The notes under the pieces were generated by a model, which saw nothing but the letters and a program-made list of their open reading frames with translations, searched no databases and had not been told where the DNA came from. From an uncultured virus (IMG/VR IMGVR_UViG_3300033888_000043) (Duplodnaviria > Heunggongvirae > Uroviricota > Caudoviricetes), in IMG/VR virus record IMGVR_UViG_3300033888_000043: a stretch of 20,000 bases of DNA; one strand, given 5' to 3'. Below are positions 1 through 7,960 of the stretch, one piece after another. Both the position numbers and the translations under genes were made by a program. The number at the start of each line of letters is the position of its first letter. Within the stretch, counting starts at the first letter, position 1.

Positions 1-864
1 CGAGTGCTTGGAGACCTTGCCCGACTCGGGTATGTGGGATGCTGGCGCTGTCTACGAGCTTCGGAGTTCGGAGCTTCCCATATTCGAAAGCGCGTCTTCA
101 TTGTGGCCTACCGCAGTGGCGAAAGACGACGGGAAGACGCCAGCGGCGCACTTGGCGATGAAACAGCGTATGGGCGAGCGCGACGGCACAGGCGCGAACC
201 GGACGGCGATAACGAGCCTTGCGGTGAAGGTGCAACAGTGGCCAACTCCACGCGAGGCAGAGCGCTGCCAGTACAACAGCCACGACGACTACGAGGCGCT
301 GAGCCTGCGAGTGCAGAATTGGCCCACTGCCCGCCAGGAAGACGGCGAGAGTTGCGGGAACCATCCGGGAGTGGTGGACTCGCTAACGGGAGCAACGAAG
401 TTGTGGTTCCCGACACCAGCGAGCAGGGATTACCGCACTCCAAACAAGCTGAGCTATCAGGACCGCTCGGGAACAACGAAGGGCGAGCAGCTTCAGAACT
501 TCGTGGAGCACAGCTTCCCCGCTTCGCTCCAGGCCCCTCAGATCCAAGATGGCCAGCCATCCTCAGAGAGCGCCCCGACCTCGCGCCAGCGCTGGGCTAC
601 CCCGACCGACAGCATGGCAACCATGCAGGATCAGGAGCAGGCGCAGACAGCGGGCAACAGCCCGGACCGCCCAAAGTACGGGAGCCTGGAGAAACGGCGG
701 CTCAATCCAAGATTTGTCTGCTGGCTGATGGGCTTCCCGCTGGGCTGGACAGAGCGATGCAAGACCGCACCAAGCGACTGAGCCGGCTGGGTAACGCGGT
801 GGTGCCAGACTGTAGTGAGTGGATCGCGCGCCGGCTTGCCGAATTCGACGAGGCGCACGCATGA
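1..864 (+). CDS. C5-cytosine DNA methyltransferase, alpha-like polypeptide (5' truncated by window edge)
   Basis: Motif VII/VIII region 'DLARLGY...LRASEFGASHIRKRVFIVAY' and C-terminal motif X 'RLSRLGNAVVP'. Motif IX is not recognisable in this frame. Confidence 0.85.
   Translation, partial: RVLGDLARLGYVGCWRCLRASEFGASHIRKRVFIVAYRSGERRREDASGALGDETAYGRARRHRREPDGDNEPCGEGATVANSTRGRALPVQQPRRLRGAEPASAELAHCPPGRRRELREPSGSGGLANGSNEVVVPDTSEQGLPHSKQAELSGPLGNNEGRAASELRGAQLPRFAPGPSDPRWPAILRERPDLAPALGYPDRQHGNHAGSGAGADSGQQPGPPKVREPGETAAQSKICLLADGLPAGLDRAMQDRTKRLSRLGNAVVPDCSEWIARRLAEFDEAHA
2..781 (+). CDS. Overlapping +1-frame methyltransferase beta-like polypeptide (tandem WPTP-type modules plus motif IX)
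   Basis: Frame open from the window edge (TTG at 8). Five W/F-P/A-T-P/A modules and C-terminal 'RLNPRFVCWLMGFPLGWT', resembling C5-MTase motif IX (R.L...E...LqGFP). Confidence 0.75.
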   Translation, partial: ECLETLPDSGMWDAGAVYELRSSELPIFESASSLWPTAVAKDDGKTPAAHLAMKQRMGERDGTGANRTAITSLAVKVQQWPTPREAERCQYNSHDDYEALSLRVQNWPTARQEDGESCGNHPGVVDSLTGATKLWFPTPASRDYRTPNKLSYQDRSGTTKGEQLQNFVEHSFPASLQAPQIQDGQPSSESAPTSRQRWATPTDSMATMQDQEQAQTAGNSPDRPKYGSLEKRRLNPRFVCWLMGFPLGWTERCKTAPSD

Positions 865-1091
865 ACGCAGCTACGCCCGTGATTGGGGTCGCTGCAGGTG
901 AAAGCCGCGGACGGTCGCCTCCGGGATAACTACCTTAGCGGTCGCCGTCGATCAAATCTTGGCAGGTGAGACTGACGGCAAACAAGCGCAAACACTTAGC
1001 GCCGGAGGCACGGCTTCCCCTTCATTTTCGCAAGCCTACCCCTGAATCGCAAGTGCTCGCGTTTCAATTTCTTGAATTTCAGGAGAAAAGC

Positions 1092-1904
1092 TTGCGCTGG
1101 ACGCCCCAAGCCATCACTAAATTGCGCGTGCTCTATCCGCACCATCCCACCTGGGCCGTGGCGGAAGTGCTGAAGCGGTCGTTCCCCTCAGTGCGAACAA
1201 AGGCAAAATTGTTGGGACTTCGCAAGCCCGGGTACCAGCCCTGGTCCACCGTAGAACTCGATCTCCTGCGCAAGCTGTACGCCGATCACTCGACGGCAGA
1301 GATTGCGGCGCTCACCGGCCGCAGCGCCGGCAAGGTTTACCAAGCCGCGGCGCGCCTGGGGCTGCAAAAGAGCGCGGAGTATTTGGCATCGGCCGAAGGG
1401 CCGAACTCGCACAAGCACGCCAACGGCGGATCTTTCCGGGCCGGCCTGGTGCCGTGGAACAAGGGCAAGCGCATGCCCGGTTATGCCCTCGGACGCATGG
1501 CCGAGACGCAATTCAAGCCGGGGCAACTCAACGGCCGCGCCGCGCAACTGCACAAGCCGGTGGGCGCCATCGTAGCCGACCCCGAAGGCTACCTGCGCAT
1601 CAAGATCCGGGAGCGGCGCCCCGGCGACGGCTGCTCCGGATGGCACAAGGATGTCTGGCCGCTGGTGCACTGGCGCGTCTGGCAGCAGCACCATGGCCCG
1701 ATCCCCGCGGGACACAAGGTTGTGTTCCGTGACTATAACCGGGCCCATTGCGAAATCGAAAACCTGGAGCTGATAACGGACGGAGAGATGATGCTCCGCA
1801 ACAGCATCCATAACCTGCCCCCCGAGCTGAAGCAGGTAATTACGCTCAACGGGGCGCTGAAACGCAGACTAAGGAGACTTTGTGGCAAAGAACACGTTGC
1901 GTGA
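1092..1904 (+). CDS. HNH endonuclease (HNH_3-like) with N-terminal helical W...L..LY repeats
   Basis: AGGAG RBS at 1081-1085 and in-frame TTG at 1092. Motifs 'PWNKG', 'FKPG', 'EGYLRIK', 'HWRVWQQHHGPIPAGHKVVFRDYNRAHCEIENLELIT'. Confidence 0.85.
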   Translation: MRWTPQAITKLRVLYPHHPTWAVAEVLKRSFPSVRTKAKLLGLRKPGYQPWSTVELDLLRKLYADHSTAEIAALTGRSAGKVYQAAARLGLQKSAEYLASAEGPNSHKHANGGSFRAGLVPWNKGKRMPGYALGRMAETQFKPGQLNGRAAQLHKPVGAIVADPEGYLRIKIRERRPGDGCSGWHKDVWPLVHWRVWQQHHGPIPAGHKVVFRDYNRAHCEIENLELITDGEMMLRNSIHNLPPELKQVITLNGALKRRLRRLCGKEHVA

Positions 1905-2136
1905 CTTGAACGACCATTTATTCGAGACCATCGAAGCGCTGAAAGATCCCGACAATCCTATGGAGATCGCGCGCGCCTTGGCTGTTACCCGCGTCGCGGA
2001 TGCGATCGTGAAAGCCGCCAAAGTGCAGCTCGATTACCACAAAACCGTGGAGCGGCTCGCCGATGAAGACATGCGGTTTTTCGATCGCGAGTCCGGCCAG
2101 AAGCGGCTGATAAACGGAAAAGCGGGCCACGCATGA
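1882..2136 (+). CDS. Conserved phage hypothetical protein of the type that follows this HNH family
   Basis: AGGAG RBS before the GTG start. 'KNTLRDLNDHLFETIEALKD...EIARA.AV..VAD.IV..AKVQ' pattern. Confidence 0.75.
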   Translation: MAKNTLRDLNDHLFETIEALKDPDNPMEIARALAVTRVADAIVKAAKVQLDYHKTVERLADEDMRFFDRESGQKRLINGKAGHA

Positions 2137-2258
2137 GACACAGCACCAGACGGTTGCCCCGCCTGATCGTAGTCGAGGTCGAGACTCAGCATGTCATCGC
2201 GCGCATCCACGAAGCGGAATGGGAGGCAGTCAACAAAATGGAGGTTTTCACACAGTGA
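2133..2258 (+). CDS. Small hypothetical protein (41 aa, MRHSTRRLPRLIVVEV...)
   Basis: ATGA overlap with the upstream gene and GTGA overlap with the downstream gene. Below the ORF-track size cutoff. Confidence 0.55.
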   Translation: MRHSTRRLPRLIVVEVETQHVIARIHEAEWEAVNKMEVFTQ

Positions 2259-3487
2259 ACACACAGACGAACCGGAAGCCGATGGCTTCCGAACAAGACG
2301 GCGACCGTCGGAATGACGGCGCATGCGCCAGGTTAATGAGGTCCCTCGGAAGCGCCACTGGCCGCTTTACGGCACATCCTCCGAGCCAGACCGACTCGGA
2401 TTTCCGGGACGGCGAAACGCCGTTGATCCGTCTCAGGGCTCTGATAACACAGGAAAGCCTCGGGCGGATCCCTCCGAGCCCCTGGGCGGTCGATGACGAT
2501 GGACACGCGCATACCACCCGGAGCTTGGCCGACAAGTTGAAGTGCACCGAGAAGCACATCGCCAACACCTTGGCCGAAGCACTCGCCTGTGGCCTGTTTC
2601 GCCGGGCGACCGCGGCCGACGGAAAGCGTCTGGCTGGCGCCATTGGAGTGAACGCCGACAAGGTAAAGTCTCGCCGGCGCGAGGATCGCTCCCCTGTACA
2701 GGGGGGATTCGTTTTTTCTTCGCCTGAGGTTTTGGCCCAAATTCATAACTTCGACCCGCCGCGGCGCGTCGCCGCCGAGGAATGGGCCGTCAGCTTCAAC
2801 CGTTGGTCCCAGGATGTTTTGAACGCCGCGACGGATAAGGCCCGTAAAATCATCGCGGAAGAGAGGTACAGCGCCTTGCGGGCCATCGGGGTGAAACTAC
2901 CCCCGAAACAGATGGAGGTAATCTCTAACGACCGGGGTGTGCAGCTCGAGTTGACGCTCGAGCCGCCGGCGATTCCGGACGTGCTTGTCTCCCCTGTAAA
3001 GGGGAAGACGATGGCCGCTGGACAGGGGAACGGTTCTCCCCTTGTACAAGCGGGTTTTCCGTCTGTACAGGTGCGACATATAAGGAATAAGAATAAAGAA
3101 GAGGCCACCCCTGTTTCCGGGGCTATTTTTGATGTCAAAAAAGAAGAGTCCAGTCCCGTCCCTTGTGAGACGACGGGACCGGACTCTCTTTTAATGGAAA
3201 GGACCGAAGCACTCCGCGAATTGCTTCTGAGATGGCTTGGAGCCAAACTCTCACCCGACATCCCTGGACCTATCGCATTACACGGAATTCTGGCAGCGCT
3301 GGGAGACGCGGATTTTGCGCTCCTCACGCAGCGCATTCAGGCCCGCATGAGTTCAATCACGTCCTACGGCATGGTTATAAACCTGGCCCGGGACGCGGCG
3401 AAGCTGGCGCGGGCGCCCAAAACCGAAGCCGGGCCGAGCCTGCTCGACTTGAAACTACAAATGCAAAGAGAGGGAAAGCTGCGATGA
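2255..3487 (+). CDS. Probable phage replication initiator (N-terminal wHTH-like region, internal iterons)
   Basis: GGAGG RBS then GTG at 2255. HTH-like 'TTRSLADKLKCTEKHIANTLAEALACGLFRR'. Iteron-like palindromes and an AT-rich tract lie inside the gene, as in lambdoid O genes. Confidence 0.6.
   Translation: MNTQTNRKPMASEQDGDRRNDGACARLMRSLGSATGRFTAHPPSQTDSDFRDGETPLIRLRALITQESLGRIPPSPWAVDDDGHAHTTRSLADKLKCTEKHIANTLAEALACGLFRRATAADGKRLAGAIGVNADKVKSRRREDRSPVQGGFVFSSPEVLAQIHNFDPPRRVAAEEWAVSFNRWSQDVLNAATDKARKIIAEERYSALRAIGVKLPPKQMEVISNDRGVQLELTLEPPAIPDVLVSPVKGKTMAAGQGNGSPLVQAGFPSVQVRHIRNKNKEEATPVSGAIFDVKKEESSPVPCETTGPDSLLMERTEALRELLLRWLGAKLSPDIPGPIALHGILAALGDADFALLTQRIQARMSSITSYGMVINLARDAAKLARAPKTEAGPSLLDLKLQMQREGKLR
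2687..2724. repeat. Copy 1 of long-range repeat containing perfect palindrome CCCCTGTACAGGGG
   Basis: CGCTCCCCTGTACAGGGGGGATT (2687-2709) is identical to 15968-15990. Similarity continues (TTTTCTTCRCC). Confidence 0.9.
2989..3147. promoter_or_regulatory. Putative replication origin: palindromic iterons plus AT-rich tract
   Basis: CCCCTGTAAAGGGG (2991), CCGCTGGACAGGGG (3015), CCCTTGTACAAGCG (3039), CGTCTGTACAGGTG (3060), spaced 24/24/21 bp. Followed by A-rich CATATAAGGAATAAGAATAAAGAAGA and a degenerate fifth copy at about 3108. Confidence 0.65.
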
Positions 3488-4077
3488 AACAGTTGACATA
3501 CGATCAAGCCCGCGAAATTGCCAATAATCTCAAGACCCTGGTATTTTGCCCCGACACAGATGGGCTGAAGGCTATAGCCGAGGACCTGGTGGGCTGGTGC
3601 CAAGGTTTCCAGGGTTGGGCACCAGACCAGCAAGCGATGTGGGTGGTACAGGAAATCCGCAACCAATGGGACAAATGGTATGGCTCGAAAGCCATGCGGG
3701 AGATGTTTGACCAGAAGTTTACGATCCATCCACCCGATCCCATTGAGGCGTGGAAAAAACAAGGGTTGAAGCCAGACCCCACTTTCGTTGAGTCGATTCT
3801 AGGCACGATCAATGGGAAATCGACGCCGGAACAACTCGACGCCTTGCGTTGGGAGAGCATCGGGGACGCGCTCGAATATCAAGGACTTCCTGAGCGGGAC
3901 AAAACCAAGGACGGGCGAAAATTCTGGCCGGACTTCCTCTTTCGGATGGAACAGGAGCATCCGACAGAAGTGGCTGCGATCCGCGCTGGTCGCCAGCCCG
4001 AGCATCCCGAGTCAGAGGCGTACAAGAATCTCTGGGATCGCCAAGGGGCTGCCAGACAACTGCGAGGTCCGGGATGA
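3484..4077 (+). CDS. Hypothetical protein, possibly a helicase loader/replication accessory
   Basis: ATGA-coupled to the putative initiator. Function inferred only from position. Confidence 0.6.
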   Translation: MKQLTYDQAREIANNLKTLVFCPDTDGLKAIAEDLVGWCQGFQGWAPDQQAMWVVQEIRNQWDKWYGSKAMREMFDQKFTIHPPDPIEAWKKQGLKPDPTFVESILGTINGKSTPEQLDALRWESIGDALEYQGLPERDKTKDGRKFWPDFLFRMEQEHPTEVAAIRAGRQPEHPESEAYKNLWDRQGAARQLRGPG

Positions 4078-4382
4078 CCGCCCTCGGGTTACTCCTCGTC
4101 CGCGGCGGCTTCGCCCCGCGCCAACTGGGTCTGAACGATGACGTATACGATCCCGGCGCGCCCCGCGGCATCCCCGCCAAAGCGCGGCTCTACGGCGACC
4201 ACCCGCGCGAGATACGTGCACGGGACGCAAATCCACGCGCCAATGCCGGCCGCGCGCCGGGTACTCCAGGGCGGTTGTGGCCGCTGACCGACCGCCAGGC
4301 GGAAGCCCAGCGGCAAAGCGAACGCGACCTGGTGCGCGGCGCGGAGCGCGAGGCCGCAGCGCGGCGGGGGGATGCCGCATGA
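4074..4382 (+). CDS. Hypothetical protein
   Basis: ATGA coupling at both ends. Confidence 0.5.
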   Translation: MTALGLLLVRGGFAPRQLGLNDDVYDPGAPRGIPAKARLYGDHPREIRARDANPRANAGRAPGTPGRLWPLTDRQAEAQRQSERDLVRGAEREAAARRGDAA

Positions 4383-5521
4383 AAGCCCCCTTTCCTTGGT
4401 TCGGCGGTAAGAGCCGCGCGGCGGAACTTGTCTGGCGGCACTTCGGCGACGTCGGCAACTACGTTGAGCCGTTTGCTGGCAGCTTGGCTGTGCTGTTGGC
4501 TAGGCCTCACGCGCCGCGGATTGAAACAGTGAATGACGCCGATGCCTACTTGGCCAACTTCTGGCGGGCACTCCAGGCGGATCCAGAAGCCGTGGCTGAG
4601 TTTGCCGACTGGCCGGTGAGCGAGGTAGACCTGCAGGCGCGGCATCGCTGGCTTACCGAACAACCGGACTTCCGCGCCAAGATGGGGACGGATCCGGACT
4701 TCTACAACGCCAAGATCGCCGGCTGGTGGGTGTGGGGTATCTCGCAATGGATCGGCGCCGGCTGGTGCTCAAGGCCGGAATGGATTGGCCGCGCGCAAGG
4801 CGGCAAGGCGCATTCCCGCGGCGTGAACGGTAGCGCCAACCTCCGCCTGAATGGCAAGATGGGCGTGCATTCGGCGGCGAGTTGGGCCGGCAAGCTCGAT
4901 GGCATGAATAAGCGGCCGGTCATCAACCGCGGCGGCCGGGGAATATCGAAGTTGCCAAAGATGAACCGTGGAGACGTAAGTAGGCTGCAGCCGGGGCGCA
5001 AGATCCGGACCCCGGAAAATCCAGACTGGCAGCATCGGCCGCAACTCACTAATGAAATGGGCGTGCATGCCAAGAATCTGCCGGGCGTCGCACTGGTGTC
5101 CTGGATGTGCGCCTTAGCCGACCGCCTGCGCCGGGTGCGCGTCTGCTGCGGCGACTGGTCCGGGATAGTCAGGCCGAGCTGCACCTGGAAGCTCGGTGGC
5201 GGCCAACTGACCGGAGTATTCTTGGATCCGCCGTACTCGCATACGATGCGCGACAACCGGCTGTACTCGGTTGAGGAAGACGTTGCGGCCGAAGTCCGCG
5301 AGTGGGCGATTGCCAACGGCGACAACCGGAACCTGCGAATAGCGCTTTGCGGACTCGGTGGCGAACATATCATGCCAGAGGGTTGGCACATGACCAGATG
5401 GAAGGCAGCACGGGGCTACTCCAACAAGGGACCACGGGATGAGGTGATCTGGTTCTCGCGGTATTGCATCCACACCGGAAACCTGTTTCAGGACGCGGAA
5501 TTAGAAAGGGCAGCCCCATGA
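4379..5521 (+). CDS. DNA adenine methyltransferase (D12/Dam-like class) with large central insertion
   Basis: 'PFPWFGGKS', 'YVEPFAGSLAVL', 'ETVND', catalytic 'VFLDPPY'. ATGA-coupled start at 4379. Confidence 0.9.
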   Translation: MKAPFPWFGGKSRAAELVWRHFGDVGNYVEPFAGSLAVLLARPHAPRIETVNDADAYLANFWRALQADPEAVAEFADWPVSEVDLQARHRWLTEQPDFRAKMGTDPDFYNAKIAGWWVWGISQWIGAGWCSRPEWIGRAQGGKAHSRGVNGSANLRLNGKMGVHSAASWAGKLDGMNKRPVINRGGRGISKLPKMNRGDVSRLQPGRKIRTPENPDWQHRPQLTNEMGVHAKNLPGVALVSWMCALADRLRRVRVCCGDWSGIVRPSCTWKLGGGQLTGVFLDPPYSHTMRDNRLYSVEEDVAAEVREWAIANGDNRNLRIALCGLGGEHIMPEGWHMTRWKAARGYSNKGPRDEVIWFSRYCIHTGNLFQDAELERAAP

Positions 5522-5703
5522 CCTGCGAACAATGCCACGGCTGGGGAGTAGTCTTATTCCCCGGGGAGCCGCCGATCTGGTGCCGATGTGCAGCAGGACG
5601 CCGGCGCGAGCAGCAGGCGCTCAATGAGATCGCCTGCAAAATCCGGCGAACAATGTCGGTACTCGCGCTGATTACCGGACTGGCCGGGCGGCCGGCGCGG
5701 TGA
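5518..5703 (+). CDS. Small Zn-finger protein (CxxCxGxG...CxC)
   Basis: MTCEQCHGWG...WCRC. ATGA-coupled. Confidence 0.65.
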   Translation: MTCEQCHGWGVVLFPGEPPIWCRCAAGRRREQQALNEIACKIRRTMSVLALITGLAGRPAR

Positions 5704-5718
5704 TAAATTTATCACCGC
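5697..5718. promoter_or_regulatory. Perfect 22-bp palindrome, candidate operator
   Basis: GCGGTGATAAATTTATCACCGC, with an AT-rich core in GC-rich DNA, at a gene junction. Confidence 0.5.
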
Positions 5719-5767
5719 CGCTTTCGAGACAAGCATGGCCGGAAACTACCCATAAGAGGACACCTCA

Positions 5768-5947
5768 ATGCACGATAGGCCACGCAGGCCCCGGCAAGAC
5801 TTGCTATTGACGCACCAACCCATACCGCTCCGCGACTGGATACGGGAGAGGCTCCGGGGTTTCGAGTTGCGCCAGAAACAGAGGGATGAAGCGCGGCGCG
5901 CCAAGAACCTCGCCATCGCCGACCGGAAGGTTTGGAAGCTGACATGA
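5768..5947 (+). CDS. Small basic hypothetical protein (59 aa, MHDRPRRPRQDLLL...)
   Basis: GAGGA RBS at 5756-5760 and ATGA coupling to the next gene. Missed by the ORF track. Confidence 0.6.
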   Translation: MHDRPRRPRQDLLLTHQPIPLRDWIRERLRGFELRQKQRDEARRAKNLAIADRKVWKLT

Positions 5948-6117
5948 CTATAGCGTTTCTCGCCGACGAACCCAAGATCGAAAAAACGTGCCACCGCTGC
6001 CACGCGGCCTATCTCTCCTCCTGCCGGAACGTCAAGTACTGCCCATCCTGCCGGGAAGTGCGGAAGATCGAGCTGCGCGTGCCGTATGCGAAGCGCAAAA
6101 AGCGGCCTGGCTCCTGA
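5944..6117 (+). CDS. Small Zn-finger protein (CxxC...YCxxC)
   Basis: KTCHRCH...KYCPSCR. Coupled start at 5944. Confidence 0.65.
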   Translation: MTIAFLADEPKIEKTCHRCHAAYLSSCRNVKYCPSCREVRKIELRVPYAKRKKRPGS

Positions 6118-6123
6118 GCGTGG

Positions 6124-6132
6124 TGGTAATCT
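6124..6132 (+). promoter_or_regulatory. Extended -10 element, probable leaderless promoter
   Basis: TGG-TAATCT lies 6 nt upstream of ATG 6139, with no Shine-Dalgarno. Confidence 0.4.
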
Positions 6133-6138
6133 AAGACC

Positions 6139-6495
6139 ATGAAACGCGCGATACTGCTACTTTTTGCGTGCGCCGGCCTCGCGGCCGCGCAACACAGCGT
6201 TACCTTGACGTGGACGGCAGGCTCCGGCGGCGGCACCACCACCGGATTTATCGTGCAGCGCGGCACCTCGACGGGCGGCCCGTACACGCAGATCGGTGCC
6301 ATCTCCTCACCGGCCCAACTCAGCTACGTCGACACGGCCGGCGCGAGCAACGCGCTGACCGAAGGGTCGACGTACTACTACGTGGTCCTGGCAACCGGCC
6401 CTGGAGGTAATTCGTTGCCCTCGCCGCAAGCCAGTGCGACGATTCCCTTTCTGCCTCCGGCGCAACCCCCTACTTTGTCGGCTGTTCCCAAGTAG
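6139..6495 (+). CDS. Secreted fibronectin type III domain protein
   Basis: Signal peptide MKRAILLLFACAGLAAA. FN3 pattern 'SVTLTW...GFIVQRGT..GGPYTQI...SYVD...L.EGSTYYYVVLA...GNS.PS'. Confidence 0.85.
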   Translation: MKRAILLLFACAGLAAAQHSVTLTWTAGSGGGTTTGFIVQRGTSTGGPYTQIGAISSPAQLSYVDTAGASNALTEGSTYYYVVLATGPGGNSLPSPQASATIPFLPPAQPPTLSAVPK

Positions 6496-6507
6496 AGTAT
6501 TCTGTCG

Positions 6508-7074
6508 ATGCGCGCAATGACCCCAGTTGCCTTTCTGGTGGGCTTTTTGCTGGCCCAGGCGCCGGCGCCGGTCACGCAGTTGACCGCCACCGCGGATTGC
6601 CCGCCGATCGGGTCCACCATCGTTGCCTCGATCACCAGCACGACCAGGCTCAACGACACGCTGTCGTTTGCCTGCAACGCGCTGCCGCCGGCGATCCCAA
6701 GCTGCCCGCCGCCGATCTCGATCCCGGCGGGCTACAGCTACTACGGCGCCGGGGTGGTGGGCGTGAGGCTGTCGTACCTGGGCGTGCCGATTGTGGCTAT
6801 GCCCGGGTTGACGGGCGGCGCGCCGACCATAATTTGCCCGACGTGCTCCTGGAGCAACAACCTCAACTCCATGCCGGGCGATTATATGGTGGCCGTGGCG
6901 CAGCTCCAGCCGGGCAACACGCCGACGTTTGCCCAGGTGACACAGGAATGGTCCGGCTACCCGGCAAGCCCCCAGGTGAGCCTCCAGTGCGCGGGAAATA
7001 TCATTCCTTTGGCGCAGTGCCAGCAGATTGTGACCGCCAACGCCTACGGGGCAGTAACGGTCAGCGTGCCGTAG
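6508..7074 (+). CDS. Secreted Cys/Pro/Thr-rich hypothetical protein
   Basis: Hydrophobic N-terminal signal-like segment, several Cys residues, beta-rich composition. Confidence 0.65.
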   Translation: MRAMTPVAFLVGFLLAQAPAPVTQLTATADCPPIGSTIVASITSTTRLNDTLSFACNALPPAIPSCPPPISIPAGYSYYGAGVVGVRLSYLGVPIVAMPGLTGGAPTIICPTCSWSNNLNSMPGDYMVAVAQLQPGNTPTFAQVTQEWSGYPASPQVSLQCAGNIIPLAQCQQIVTANAYGAVTVSVP

Positions 7075-7075
7075 T

Positions 7076-7348
7076 ATGCCTGGGCCCGCTCCAAGCGGCT
7101 GCCGCATCCACGAAGCCGACTACCTCCTCACAGTGCGCCGCGACCGCACCGGACGTCTCAGGACGCGCTGCAAGCTCTGCGCCGCCGACGCGCAACAGGC
7201 ACGTCGCGACCAGCTCGCGGAAGCGCGGGGATGGTGGGGGCGAGGGCGCCGGCCACTAAAGCACCGCACCATTGAGCGTATGGCGTGGGTTCAGCCAGAC
7301 ATCTACGTCCGCATGGAAAGCAGCCTGCCGCGCGCTGAAAGCCGATAA
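7076..7348 (+). CDS. Hypothetical protein (C..H...CxxC)
   Basis: Starts 1 nt after the upstream stop and fills the gap. Confidence 0.5.
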   Translation: MPGPAPSGCRIHEADYLLTVRRDRTGRLRTRCKLCAADAQQARRDQLAEARGWWGRGRRPLKHRTIERMAWVQPDIYVRMESSLPRAESR

Positions 7349-7390
7349 CTCTTTTCCCGTGTTACTATTTCCACAGGGAGAATCACCACC

Positions 7391-7825
7391 ATGAAAGGAC
7401 TTGCTTTATCTATTCCGTCCTCGCGTCCGTCCTCGCGGACGGAAGTCTGGCGCCACCAGCGCCTCTACGATTACATCACCACGTTGGAGATGAGTTTCGC
7501 CGAACGGCAGCGGTTTAACGCCGCGCTCAACGACAATTTGACCGAGCGCCTGCTCTCGATCGAGAATCGGACCAGCGCGCCAATCACCGGCAACGCGCCG
7601 CCGGCGCCGGCAACCGATACCGCGCGGCACAGGCGGACCAAAGCGCAGCGCGCGAAGTTGAGCCAGGCCGCGACAGCCCGCTGGGCGAAACGGAGAGCCG
7701 AGGAAGCTGGTACGGCCGCGCCGCCCGCGGTTGAGACCGGAGGCCAGCCCGTGCCGGTGGCCGCTAAGACGCGCGCGCGCCGGAAGCCCGTCGAGAAGGC
7801 GATGAGCGCCGGCGGGGGGAACTAG
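7391..7825 (+). CDS. Basic putative nucleic-acid-binding protein
   Basis: GGGAG RBS and upstream TGTTACTAT extended -10 (7360-7368). Motif 'RRTKAQRAKLSQAATARWAKRR'. Confidence 0.7.
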   Translation: MKGLALSIPSSRPSSRTEVWRHQRLYDYITTLEMSFAERQRFNAALNDNLTERLLSIENRTSAPITGNAPPAPATDTARHRRTKAQRAKLSQAATARWAKRRAEEAGTAAPPAVETGGQPVPVAAKTRARRKPVEKAMSAGGGN

Positions 7826-7831
7826 GAGAGT

Positions 7832-7909
7832 AGCTGTCAGCTTTCAGCCGTCAGCTTTCAGCCCGCGCCCGCGGGTTTGGCTGATGGCTGAGGGCTGATG
7901 GCTGAAACT
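7832..7909. terminator. Heptamer-periodic inverted repeat hairpin between convergent operons (probable bidirectional terminator/processing element)
   Basis: Left arm AGCTGTCAGCTTTCAGCCGTCAGCTTTCAGC, right arm GCTGATGGCTGAGGGCTGATGGCTGAAACT (TCAGC/GCTGA every 7 nt). Confidence 0.6.
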
Positions 7910-7960
7910 TATTGGCAGAGCGTGCGCTCGCATCGCCTAAGCCCCCCGATGGCGCCCGGA

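Noticed and set aside
885..920. Resemblance to group II intron domain V (GGTGAAAGCC)
   Set aside because: Lacks the catalytic triad/bulge geometry and D6, and there is no RT gene.
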